Positions 47,966 to 57,275 of a stretch of 64,000 bases of DNA are shown piece by piece. A program made the translations under genes and the position numbers. This DNA comes from an uncultured Fibrobacterota bacterium (lineage in GTDB: Bacteria > Fibrobacterota > Chitinivibrionia > Chitinivibrionales > FEN-1185). A model generated the notes under the pieces. That model worked only from the letters and a program-made list of their open reading frames with translations. It ran no database searches and had not been told where the DNA came from. The stretch's first letter is position 1. Every line of letters starts with the position of its first letter. The stretch spans positions 126,203-190,202 of the forward strand of contig CAVSQB010000022.1 of the NCBI GenBank assembly GCA_963729895.1, read 5' to 3'.

Positions 47966-48122
47966 TCACCGCAGAGACGCAAAGGGCGCAAAGAAATAGC
48001 CATAGATAGTTTTTTGTCCTGCTGATTCATCGCCGGGAAAACGCGGAACAGCTTTGTTCTTGTTCCGTATTTGTTTGACTCCCACTCTATTTACCTTTGC
48101 GTACTTTGCGCCTTTACGGTGA
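47966..48122. repeat. GCAAAG-periodic palindromic element, copy 3
   Basis: TCACCGCAGAGACGCAAAGGGCGCAAAG ... CTTTGCGTACTTTGCGCCTTTACGGTGA. Confidence 0.88.
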
Positions 48123-48144
48123 ACTGCATTATTGAGGTCTCAAG

Positions 48145-48927
48145 TTACAGGTCGTACGAGTAAATGTTTTTGCACTGAAAAATCTCAAGCATCTCCTTGC
48201 GCAGGAGGCTCGATATCTTTGACCGCGCGGAGGGCGTGAGCGATTGGCTTTCGGACCCGAACAGGTACTTTTCGAGTTCGAACTTGCGCTGCATCATCTT
48301 GGTATGAAAGATGTTGTCCGACACGATATTGATGTCGTAGGCGGTGTAGATGTCGAGAATCTCGTCGGAGATGTAGTCTTGTATCGACGTGATGTCGTGG
48401 TCGAGGTAAATTTTGCGGCCGTGCACGTCACGGGTAAAGCCCCGCACCTTGTAGTCCATCAGCACGATGTCCGAATCGAAGTTGTCGATGAGGAAATCCA
48501 GGGCGCGCAGCGGCGATATCGTGCCGCAGGTGGTGACGTCGATGTCGACCCGAAACGTGCTCATGCCGGTTACGGGGTTGGTTTCCGGGTAGGTGTGCGC
48601 GGAGATATGGCTTTTGTCAAGATGGGCAAGGGTCTCCTGCGGCACCGATTGGTGCCCCTCGTTGATGAGCACGGTCACCGATGCGCCGCGGGGCTCATAG
48701 TCCTGGCTCGACATGTTGATGATGTTCGCTTCGATGATCCTGGTGACTTCTTCAAGGATGCTTCGGATCTTCTTGGAGTTGTACACCTCGTCGATGTAAT
48801 CGAGGTAGTCGGTCTGGGAGGCCTTCGACCGGGCATAGCAGATATCGTAGATGTTGAAACTGAGCGACTTGGTGAGACTGTTGAAGCCCTGCAGCTTGAT
48901 CTTTCTGCCGCGGCACCGGTTTATCAT
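48145..48927 (-). CDS. speD: S-adenosylmethionine decarboxylase proenzyme (E. coli-type)
   Basis: 'GFNSLTKSLSFNIYDICYA', 'HLDKSHI' cleavage site, 'TCG.ISPL.AL'. Confidence 0.93.
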   Translation of the reverse strand: MINRCRGRKIKLQGFNSLTKSLSFNIYDICYARSKASQTDYLDYIDEVYNSKKIRSILEEVTRIIEANIINMSSQDYEPRGASVTVLINEGHQSVPQETLAHLDKSHISAHTYPETNPVTGMSTFRVDIDVTTCGTISPLRALDFLIDNFDSDIVLMDYKVRGFTRDVHGRKIYLDHDITSIQDYISDEILDIYTAYDINIVSDNIFHTKMMQRKFELEKYLFGSESQSLTPSARSKISSLLRKEMLEIFQCKNIYSYDL

Positions 48928-48954
48928 TGAGTCAACCCCCTTGGGAAATTAAGT

Positions 48955-49115
48955 TTCACCGCAAAGGCGCAAAGAGCCCAAAGAAAAGGCCGCAAAAGAA
49001 TTATTGAGATTAAGAAAATCAGCTTGTGAATTATATCGAAAACCACGGTTCTCTTTAACCATCTAATTGTATTCTCTCCAGCTTTCCTTCGCGTCCTTTG
49101 CGCCTTTGCGGTGAA
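48955..49115. repeat. GCAAAG-periodic palindromic element, copy 4
   Basis: TTCACCGCAAAGGCGCAAAGAGCCCAAAG ... CTTCGCGTCCTTTGCGCCTTTGCGGTGAA. Confidence 0.88.
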
Positions 49116-49122
49116 TCTTCCT

Positions 49123-50019
49123 TTACAATTCGTTGATGTAGAGCGGCTTGTACCCCCGGTACTTGGGGGAAAAATAATTGATGAGTATGACCTCGGTCTT
49201 TTTTTTCGGGGCGATGTTCACGATCATCCTGTCGGAAAACAGCCTGCTCATGTGCAGGCCCCTGCCGGAGTCGTCGAGTACGCCTTCGCCCAGCATCTGG
49301 CGTTCGATCTTGTAGAGCACTGTGCCTTTTGTCAATCGACCTATGTTGTCCGTGACCGAAACGCCGTATTTTTCCGCGTCGTACCCGCAGTCGAGGTGTA
49401 CGAATTCGGCGGGAGCAAGGGTGACATCGGAGAATTCCTCGTATTTCGCGGTACCGTCGGGAAAGGAGGGCGCGTGGTACACCGCATTGGTGATGATCTC
49501 GTCCAGAATAAGCCGCATGTCGCCGGCAACGCCGAGCTTCTCCGTGAGCAGGGCCACCGCCGCCTCCCGTATGCCGTTTGCCTCGCGGGAGGAACGGACC
49601 TCAAAGGTTCCCAGGCGGGTAAACTGCGGCAGCATGTAGCGGGACAGGCCGAAGATGTCGCCGGTGAGCAGGCCGTCGATGAGCGAGCCGAGCTCGGTGA
49701 AGTTGAACGGCGACGTTTTGGGAATGATGTTCGAGACCCCGCTGGTGCGGGCAAGGCGGACATAGTCGTCCACGTTGTAGGCGGTAATCAGTACGGTGCG
49801 CGTGGCCGGATACAACCTCTTGATTTCAGCGAGAAGCTCGGGCCCCTTCATGCCCGGCATGTTGATGTCCGATATCGCCATGTCGAACGGTCGTTCTTTG
49901 CACAGCGCGAGCGCAGCCTCGGCGTGCTCGGCCGTCACCGCCTCGTAGGTTCCCTCGAGATAATCCAGCAGCATGGTACGGATCGACACTTCGTCGTCGA
50001 CGATAAGGATGCGGTACAT
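49123..50019 (-). CDS. Response regulator with C-terminal HATPase (anti-sigma kinase-like) domain
   Basis: REC 'ILIVDDE..SDINMPG..ITAY'; 'EIITNAVYH...SGRGL'. Confidence 0.85.
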   Translation of the reverse strand: MYRILIVDDEVSIRTMLLDYLEGTYEAVTAEHAEAALALCKERPFDMAISDINMPGMKGPELLAEIKRLYPATRTVLITAYNVDDYVRLARTSGVSNIIPKTSPFNFTELGSLIDGLLTGDIFGLSRYMLPQFTRLGTFEVRSSREANGIREAAVALLTEKLGVAGDMRLILDEIITNAVYHAPSFPDGTAKYEEFSDVTLAPAEFVHLDCGYDAEKYGVSVTDNIGRLTKGTVLYKIERQMLGEGVLDDSGRGLHMSRLFSDRMIVNIAPKKKTEVILINYFSPKYRGYKPLYINEL

Positions 50020-51284
50020 CAGGCGGCAACCTCCGCCTCGCCCGCGCCCTTCCCGTGGGAAGGCAGGAGAAGCGAAAACGTGGTGAGCGACGCGGTGCTC
50101 TCGAAGAAAATGCGGCCCTGGTGCTCGTCAACGATTTTCTGGCATATTGAAAGCCCGAGGCCGGTGCCTTCGCCCGGCGGCCGCGTGGTGAAGAACGGGT
50201 CGAAAATCTTGCCCTTGATGTGATCGGGAACGCCGGCGCCGTTGTCCGAGACATCAATTCGCACCGCATCTCCTTCCTGCCGGGTCGACACGAGTATCAG
50301 CCCGGAAAACGGCCGGTTATCGCGGGACAGCGATTCTGTGTTGTCAATCACCGACTGCACCGCGTTCGTGACGAGATTGATAATCACCTGTTGGATCTTG
50401 GCGGGGTCGCACCGCACGCGGGACAAGGCGTCGTCGAAGGCGATCTTCGGTTCCACGGCGCCAAATCCCTTGAGCCGCACTGCCGCGATCGCCTTGAGAA
50501 CGAGGCCGTTGACATCCGTGGGCACAAAGGCGCCGTCGTCCTTGCGCGACAGGCTGAGCAGGTCCTTGACAATAGCGCTCGCCCGCGACGACGATTCGAG
50601 GATGGTGGCGACGCGCGCGGCCCCTTTCTCGTTGAGGCCGTATTTATCGGGCATCTGCAGCATGTTGGCCGCCGTGCCCGAGATGCCGGAGAGAGGATTG
50701 ATCATCTCGTGCGCAATGCCTGCAGTCATCGTGCCGATGGATGCGAGCTTCTCGGACCGGATGAGCTGGTCGAGGATGGCCTGTTCGTCGGTGGCGTCGC
50801 GGATGTGTTCGATGACGTTGCGGATGGTTCCCGATTGGTCGAGCACCGGATAGGTCGCAACCGTAAAGTACCGCGGACGGTCTTGGCGCGTCATGGCGGC
50901 CTGGTGCTTGTGCACGGGCTTTCCGGTGGCAAACGTCATCTGCGCCGGGCAGTGTTCGCACGGCTCGACCCTGCACCAGAAAACTTCCCAGCAGTGCTTG
51001 CCGAGCAGGTCCGCAATTGGTATGCCCACAAACTCCGAGTAACTCCTGTTTACCCTGGTTATGCGCAAGTCTGCGTCGAGGGCGCAGATGAGGTCGGTTA
51101 TCGCGTCGAATGCGGTCTCGAGCTGCTCCTTGCTCAGGGTGATTTTTTCGGTGGTGGCGGCATCGTGCCCCCGGTTTCCGGCGTCAAGCTGCCGCCGGAG
51201 AAAAGCGACTTTCCGCTTTTCCTTGCGATACAGGAAAAACGCCGCGGCAAGAAGCAGAAGCGCGGCAAGCAGTAGTGGAAGCAT
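50019..51284 (-). CDS. PAS sensor histidine kinase
   Basis: N-terminal TM, PAS with Cys motif, 'AGIAHE..NPL', 'NLVTNA', 'DNGAG', 'FDPFFTT', 'GTGLGL'. Confidence 0.9.
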   Translation of the reverse strand: MLPLLLAALLLLAAAFFLYRKEKRKVAFLRRQLDAGNRGHDAATTEKITLSKEQLETAFDAITDLICALDADLRITRVNRSYSEFVGIPIADLLGKHCWEVFWCRVEPCEHCPAQMTFATGKPVHKHQAAMTRQDRPRYFTVATYPVLDQSGTIRNVIEHIRDATDEQAILDQLIRSEKLASIGTMTAGIAHEMINPLSGISGTAANMLQMPDKYGLNEKGAARVATILESSSRASAIVKDLLSLSRKDDGAFVPTDVNGLVLKAIAAVRLKGFGAVEPKIAFDDALSRVRCDPAKIQQVIINLVTNAVQSVIDNTESLSRDNRPFSGLILVSTRQEGDAVRIDVSDNGAGVPDHIKGKIFDPFFTTRPPGEGTGLGLSICQKIVDEHQGRIFFESTASLTTFSLLLPSHGKGAGEAEVAA

Positions 51285-51286
51285 CG

Positions 51287-54007
51287 TCAGTTCACCTTGC
51301 CTGTTATAAACTGCCAGAGTTCGCTTTGGGTCTGAGATTTCCAGTCGCGTGCAACCACCCTCCAGTAATAGGTGGTATTCGAGGCCAGGCCGGTCACGGT
51401 GGCCACCGTGTCGCCTGACGTTGCGACAAGTGAAAGTCCATCCGGTCCGCTTCCGAAATACACGTCGTAGAGGAGGCTGTCGTTGTCCGGATCGTGCGCC
51501 GAGAACGACAGGGCGACGCTCGCCGTAGTGACAATCGCGCCGCTCAGAGGAGATACCGCGACGGGCGTGTCCGGCGGCGCGCCGAAATACAGCCGTACCC
51601 GTATCGTGTCCGCGCTCGCCCCATCATTGACCGACGCGACAATCGTATCGTAGCCCGTGTACAGGGCGGGATCGACGGTGTACACGAACGTGTCCACGAG
51701 CGCCGAATCGAAGGTGCTGGCGGTGTGCGTTCTGGATTCCGTCAGGGACACGCGATGGCGTTCGACAAGCGGGTTGTTGGGATCCTCCACGTGAAACACG
51801 ATGGTGAACGGCCGGCGGTTTGTGTCCAGGTTGAGCGCGCCGTCGGCCAGGGTGTCGGCGGTGTAGGACGCCGATATCGAACAGGGCCGCACCGGCGGGA
51901 CAACCAGAATGCGCGCGTACAAGGTATCGGTGCTCGGAAACTGGTCCTTGACAATAGCTATTATCTGGTTGTATCCCGTGTCGGCAAGCGCCGGCTCCCA
52001 CACAAGCAAGCTGTCCGTCGTGTTGTTGAGCAGCAGAGAGGTTTTGCCCACAATCCTGACTGTAAACGTAAACGGAGGCAGGCCGGTGCCTTGTGCCACG
52101 GTGAGCACGGTGCGCAGCGTGTCCCTGCCGCCCACCAGAACCTGGGGAAAATCCTCCGGCCGCGTTCCAAATAAGACAGGCTTGGGCGGAGGCTTTCCGG
52201 GCAGGGAAACATACAGGGTGTACGAAACGAATACCGGCTGGTAGCCGTCCCAGATGCGGACGGTTATTTTTTGCGATCCCGTGTCGGCCACGCCCGGCGT
52301 CCAGGTAATCAGACCGTTTTGATCCACAAGCAAATTCGGCGGCGCCTGGGTTTTCTGGTACTGGAGCGTGTCGTTGTCCGGATCAACGGCCCTGATCGTG
52401 TCGCTGTACGGGACGGCGGCCTGGATAAACGCCGAGCCGGGCGACCGCAGAACAACGGGCAGGCTGTTGCGGAACACCACGGCCGCCTGGCGCACGGTGT
52501 TCTTCTTCTTGTCAACGGCAACCACGACGATTTCGTTGCCCGAAGGAACATGGGCGAGCGGAACCGTGTCGTAGTACCAGAACCCGTTCGGGGGGATTGG
52601 CTTGCCGTTGATGTACAGGGTATCAATGCCGGTCCCGTCGTCGATGGCCTCCACCGCGACATCCCCGAACGCCTGGTTGGTGTACAGGCCTTGCGCAGGC
52701 TGGCCGTTGACGAGGAAATTCAGGATGCGCGGCGGCACGGTGTCCACGGCGTTCGGTGCGCAGAACAGAAGAAGGGTTTTTTTGTCCACAACGGCGCCGG
52801 TCTGGTTGTCGGTGGCAATGATCTGGACCGGATTTTCGCCTTGCACAAGCGATATGGGCCATTCCCACGATAGTGCCGCGCTGGTTATCTGCCGGACAAC
52901 GGGATTCACCGTATTGTTGACGGAAAGGTACAGCGAGAGACTGAGTGAATCCAGGGAATTATTGATGATGTCGCCCGACACCAGATACGCCGTGGCGTTC
53001 ACGGTGACGGTGTCCGCTGGGGGACTGATAACCTGAATGGACGCTTTCTTGCTTTGCGGTAGTGTCGCGGAAAATTCGAGCCAGAAGGTTGTGCGCGCCA
53101 TGTTCCCGTACTGGAAATTGTCGAGCGCATAGACGTTGAGGCTCAGCGGGTTGGCCGACGTGTGCGTGTACACCTTGTCGAACAGCTTGTAATACACGGT
53201 GCCGCTTTTCCCGTCGAACGGCACGCCGTTTACCGATGCGGAATCGACGCCGTTGCCCAGGTCGTCGGTGATGCGCACCCGGAAGGTAAGGATGGAGTCG
53301 CTGGTGAAGATCGTGTCGTTGATCATCGTTTCCGTGTTGACGCAGGTGATCACGGGCTTCACCGTGTCGCGCAGGAAGAACCCGAAACTGTCAACAGGCG
53401 AGACCTGCTTTCCGTCCCACACCCACAGGCCGCCTTTTCCGGCAAAGAACGCCGAGGACGCCTCCACCTTTGTGCTGCACACCGGCGATACGTAAGGGAC
53501 GCCAGCGCCGAACGCCCAGAAGTAGGTGACGTCGCGGTCCTTCACGGGCGGGCTGCGCAGCGTCACCGAATCGCGCTCGAACGCGACCACGCTGTCCTGG
53601 CGCAGGGGCGAAACAAGGTACACGTGCAGGCTTTCCGCCACGGCCGAGCCGTTGGTCTTGTACACGGTGGTGACCACGCTCTGCCAGCCCGTGTCGTAGA
53701 ACGACACGAAAAAGGAGAACGGCTCCTGGTAAAACTCCCCATTCACCACGGTCGTCTCGGCGCTCGGCCACAGCCTGTTTGAGGTTGCGGAAACGGAAAA
53801 CCGGTCCACAAGCTCCTTGACCGTCACGATGACCTGCAGGCTCTCGGTCTCGAAAATCTGCAGGGTGTCGCGGTTGCGGATGCTCTGGTGGGCCACGTAC
53901 AGGCCTGCGTTGGCAAAGTCGGTAAAGGGGTTGTAGTCGCGGGAACAGAATACGAATGCCGACGCCATAGAGAGCACGATAAAGAGGCGGTTGGTGATTG
54001 ATTTCAT
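51287..54007 (-). CDS. Large Ig/cadherin/FN3-repeat surface lipoprotein
   Basis: Signal 'MKSITNRLF...FVFC'; 'AVDPDNDTL', 'YYWRVVARD'. Start approximate. Confidence 0.75.
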   Translation of the reverse strand: MKSITNRLFIVLSMASAFVFCSRDYNPFTDFANAGLYVAHQSIRNRDTLQIFETESLQVIVTVKELVDRFSVSATSNRLWPSAETTVVNGEFYQEPFSFFVSFYDTGWQSVVTTVYKTNGSAVAESLHVYLVSPLRQDSVVAFERDSVTLRSPPVKDRDVTYFWAFGAGVPYVSPVCSTKVEASSAFFAGKGGLWVWDGKQVSPVDSFGFFLRDTVKPVITCVNTETMINDTIFTSDSILTFRVRITDDLGNGVDSASVNGVPFDGKSGTVYYKLFDKVYTHTSANPLSLNVYALDNFQYGNMARTTFWLEFSATLPQSKKASIQVISPPADTVTVNATAYLVSGDIINNSLDSLSLSLYLSVNNTVNPVVRQITSAALSWEWPISLVQGENPVQIIATDNQTGAVVDKKTLLLFCAPNAVDTVPPRILNFLVNGQPAQGLYTNQAFGDVAVEAIDDGTGIDTLYINGKPIPPNGFWYYDTVPLAHVPSGNEIVVVAVDKKKNTVRQAAVVFRNSLPVVLRSPGSAFIQAAVPYSDTIRAVDPDNDTLQYQKTQAPPNLLVDQNGLITWTPGVADTGSQKITVRIWDGYQPVFVSYTLYVSLPGKPPPKPVLFGTRPEDFPQVLVGGRDTLRTVLTVAQGTGLPPFTFTVRIVGKTSLLLNNTTDSLLVWEPALADTGYNQIIAIVKDQFPSTDTLYARILVVPPVRPCSISASYTADTLADGALNLDTNRRPFTIVFHVEDPNNPLVERHRVSLTESRTHTASTFDSALVDTFVYTVDPALYTGYDTIVASVNDGASADTIRVRLYFGAPPDTPVAVSPLSGAIVTTASVALSFSAHDPDNDSLLYDVYFGSGPDGLSLVATSGDTVATVTGLASNTTYYWRVVARDWKSQTQSELWQFITGKVN

Positions 54008-54145
54008 GGGCGAAAGCATTTTACTTTGTCCGATTTTTTGTGATGACCGCCGGGTGCAAGGATGATCGTGCACACGGTTTATTTTCATTTCTGTCCACGT
54101 GGCGCGACACCCGTGCGTACAATTTTTAGCGCATAGACATGAAAT

Positions 54146-55891
54146 TTAGCGTTGTCGCTCCTCTTCTCTCTCGGCGATAATCTTCTTAGCCTCTCTTAAA
54201 TCAATTTTGGCATGGAGTCCATGTTTTTCCAATAAATACAACAAATTTGATCCGTCTAATAAGGTAAGCGGTTTACCTTTGGCAAATTCATATGCATCTG
54301 GCCCATAGTTGGCAGTTGAAACCAAGATTCCCTTGGTAGCGCCTTCATTCATAACAGTGCCATATAGGTCACGTACAGCTGAGACCCCAACAGTGTTTGT
54401 ATATCTCTTTGCCTGGATAACGATTTTGCCGCCTCGAATTGGATCCGGATCAAACGCGACGGCATCAACGCCCCCATCGTGGCTTGCTTGCGTAACTCTA
54501 ACTTCCCCACCTGCCGCTTTGAACTCCTTTTCAAAAACTTCCCGAATCAGGTGTTCAAAATCCTCCCAGTCCATGGCTGCGAGGTTTGTGGAAGTATCAA
54601 GGCCATCTGCAACCGCATAGCCCTCGATAAATCTTTTGTCTTTCCTATTAATTTGCAAGATTGGCTGGATTGGTGTCAGGCTACTTAGCCTACTACCGGA
54701 AACGCCTTTGAGATTCCTGAAGCACGTTCTTGAATCAACATTCCGCAGATCAATTTCACGGAATTCCTCTTTTTTGACTTGAAGACTGAGAATGCAATTG
54801 TTTTCCTCCTTGCCTGTTGCCTTATTTATGGCTTTGACCCAACCGTTAAACGAAATAGCATCGAGTGCGGTTGCTTTGTCGGCTTCAAAAAGTTCATGAA
54901 TTGTTCGAAGGGCAATACTAAACATGGATTCATCAAACATTCTACTTTGTTGCGATTCCGAAATGAAGGCTTCCTTCAATTCATTTTTAGAAGCGACGTA
55001 CTTAACTTCCTTTACCTTTGGCATTAACTCAAGATTTGGTAGTTGATACTCAACAATAATAATTCGATTGTCGGGGTTGTATTCCAGCTCAAAATCCTTG
55101 GGGAAACTATCCGGATAGTGAGAATTATTAAGTACCATCTCACAATATTCGGTAATCGAATCGGGCTTTTTGCCTTGGTAATCTCTATGCATCTGGTCTA
55201 TTTTTGTGTTATAGTCAGCTTGCTTTGAGAGGAATATCGTTTTCTTGGCTTCCCATTTTGACACGTCGGATTTCCAAGTTGCCATGCTAACTTCGTATTC
55301 GCTATCAATCCCTTTATTTGCTTTCTCAGTTGCCATCCTTTCATCTTCCCATTTGGAAATTGCATCCCTATAAAGTTGTTCGTGTAAGGCGATTTTCTTA
55401 TTTCTTAAAGAAGTTATTAGCTTTTCAAAGAAACTGAATTTCGGAACAAATGGATCGTCGGATTTGCTTGGCATTGAAGGACAAGATTTATAGTTGGGCT
55501 TTACAGGTTTATCGGGAATCTTGTCAGGGAAAGGTTCAATTGATTTTAAAGTCCCCCATGAAACGCTATTATCAATTGATAACGAATTAACAAGTAAATT
55601 GGTAATACCGTTCAGCGCCTGCTCCGCTTCTTTTGTTTGGCGTTCTGCTTCTTCAAAATTGGCCTCTTTGTCCTCGTTTCGTATCCTCTTTGCTTCGAGC
55701 AAGTTCCACTTCTCAGACCATTTTTCCATTTGCATGGTGGCCTTATTTTGAAGCGTATAACTGTCTGGTGCTGAAACAAGTTTGTGTTCGTTAAGACCAG
55801 TATGGTAGATCTCCTGTGTATACCTCAAAACGCGATTGCCAGCAGCATTTTGATAAGCCTTTACCTCACCGACCTTTACCAGATGACTCAT
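54146..55891 (-). CDS. Mrr-like restriction endonuclease with long coiled-coil N-terminus
   Basis: C-terminal Mrr_cat: 'FEHLIREVF', 'DGGVD', 'IQAKRY', 'VRDLYG'; AT-richer than neighbours. Confidence 0.85.
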   Translation of the reverse strand: MSHLVKVGEVKAYQNAAGNRVLRYTQEIYHTGLNEHKLVSAPDSYTLQNKATMQMEKWSEKWNLLEAKRIRNEDKEANFEEAERQTKEAEQALNGITNLLVNSLSIDNSVSWGTLKSIEPFPDKIPDKPVKPNYKSCPSMPSKSDDPFVPKFSFFEKLITSLRNKKIALHEQLYRDAISKWEDERMATEKANKGIDSEYEVSMATWKSDVSKWEAKKTIFLSKQADYNTKIDQMHRDYQGKKPDSITEYCEMVLNNSHYPDSFPKDFELEYNPDNRIIIVEYQLPNLELMPKVKEVKYVASKNELKEAFISESQQSRMFDESMFSIALRTIHELFEADKATALDAISFNGWVKAINKATGKEENNCILSLQVKKEEFREIDLRNVDSRTCFRNLKGVSGSRLSSLTPIQPILQINRKDKRFIEGYAVADGLDTSTNLAAMDWEDFEHLIREVFEKEFKAAGGEVRVTQASHDGGVDAVAFDPDPIRGGKIVIQAKRYTNTVGVSAVRDLYGTVMNEGATKGILVSTANYGPDAYEFAKGKPLTLLDGSNLLYLLEKHGLHAKIDLREAKKIIAEREEERQR

Positions 55892-56018
55892 TTGAACCCT
55901 TCCTCTTTAGGAAATATGCACTGAAAAATTCCGGTCTTCAACGTATACCACTGTCGCCCTCGACAGTGTTCTTTACAGTCTTATTTAACATGTTCGAATA
56001 GAAATCTTTCCTGTACAC

Positions 56019-56340
56019 TCCCGCCCCCAAAGCCTCCCCGGCGGGGGAGGTTGGTGGGGGAACACAATAAGCATTTTCCTTGCCGGGTATAAGGGCCGGC
56101 GACCCTTGGAAGCCCCTGACGAGGGGCGAGGCCCTTCCATCTCTTGCATTTAATTCTTTAATCCTTATGCGTAAGATATCTCAACGGAATAACTGAATTA
56201 TAATTTTTTGCCTTCAACACCTAATGGATTCCCGCATCCGCAAGAATGACAAGCCACACATCAATCATTTATCCCGAGCAAATCCCAATGAAACCCCCAA
56301 ACTCCCAAAACTCCAAAACCAAAAATCCCCAACCCCTTTC
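56019..56340. repeat. Cluster of REP-like hairpins and a C/A-rich degenerate repeat tract
   Basis: CCTCCCC/GGGGAGG hairpin (~56024-56060), AAGGGCC/GGCCCTT (56091-56137), TGGATTCCCGC..GAATGAC (56225-56250), AAAYCCC-like tract (56281-56340). Confidence 0.55.
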
Positions 56341-57223
56341 AAAACTTTAGCGACCAGCAAATCCCCACCGCCCCCACGCACGTAACCGCGCAGCTTGCCA
56401 CGAACTCCGCAAAGTCGGTGTTTTTCTTGTTCCGAGCCGTTTCCCACACCGCGCTCGTGCCCTGCGCGAGATTGTCGGGGCTCTTGCTGGACAGAGCGGA
56501 AAAGGTCTGCTGCGACGACGCATACTGCGTGCCGGTGACGACGGCGACAAAAAATCCGATGGCGGCCATGGCCGCGCCGCCGTACCGCAGCGTGTTGCGC
56601 GTCGGCGCAAGCGGGTCCTTGAGCTCGGTGATGGGCGGGCTCGCGGCGGCGGCGTCCTTGAGCGTGAGCGAGTACTCGTACGGCTCGTCCGTCACCTGAT
56701 ACTGCGCGCCCTGGACCGTGAGATTGGCCCGGCCGTTGTGCAGAAAAATGCAGGGCGACAGTTGGAAGTATTTGGTAAGCGAGTTGATGCCGTCCACCGA
56801 GTACATCACCGCGCAGAAGGAAAGCCGCGTGCCGATCGCGTCTTCGTGAATGTAAATGCCGTTCCAGTCGTACGGGGCCGGGTCAACCGTGCTCTGCTTG
56901 TGATACTCCTTGTCGTGCTCCGAAGTGAACACGATCGGGTTGTTCTTGAGGCCCTTGGCGATGAGTGTCCCCTGCACGTGCAGGCCGGTAAAGTTCTTGA
57001 AGCACAGCACCGTGCCGGCGGCGATCTCCACGATTTTCCCCTGGGGTACATAAATGTCGCCGGCGACAAAATACGGACGGCTCCCGGGCGCGAGCCTGGC
57101 CGGCAGATCGCCGGCAATCGTGTCGAACGCGACGCTGTCCGGGACGCCCTGCGAAAGAGGCCCGGTTTGCGCGCAGGCGGCGAACGCCGCAAGAAAGGGA
57201 AGTACGAGAATCGTTTGTTTCAC
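56339..57223 (-). CDS. Exported protein with short beta-helix (pectin-lyase-like) domain and C-terminal TM helices
   Basis: GTG start with signal peptide; 'PYFV.GDI.V','VQGTLIA.G...PIVFTS','DWNGI'. Confidence 0.65.
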   Translation of the reverse strand: MKQTILVLPFLAAFAACAQTGPLSQGVPDSVAFDTIAGDLPARLAPGSRPYFVAGDIYVPQGKIVEIAAGTVLCFKNFTGLHVQGTLIAKGLKNNPIVFTSEHDKEYHKQSTVDPAPYDWNGIYIHEDAIGTRLSFCAVMYSVDGINSLTKYFQLSPCIFLHNGRANLTVQGAQYQVTDEPYEYSLTLKDAAAASPPITELKDPLAPTRNTLRYGGAAMAAIGFFVAVVTGTQYASSQQTFSALSSKSPDNLAQGTSAVWETARNKKNTDFAEFVASCAVTCVGAVGICWSLKF

Positions 57224-57275
57224 GATACAACCTGCGTGCTTGTTTTCGGTTGCCGGGCCGGGTGCGATGCCCGCC

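Noticed and set aside
42370..49115. Repeat-spacer-repeat units as a CRISPR array
   Set aside because: The arms are inverted rather than direct, the units are kilobases apart, interiors vary widely in length, and no cas genes are present.
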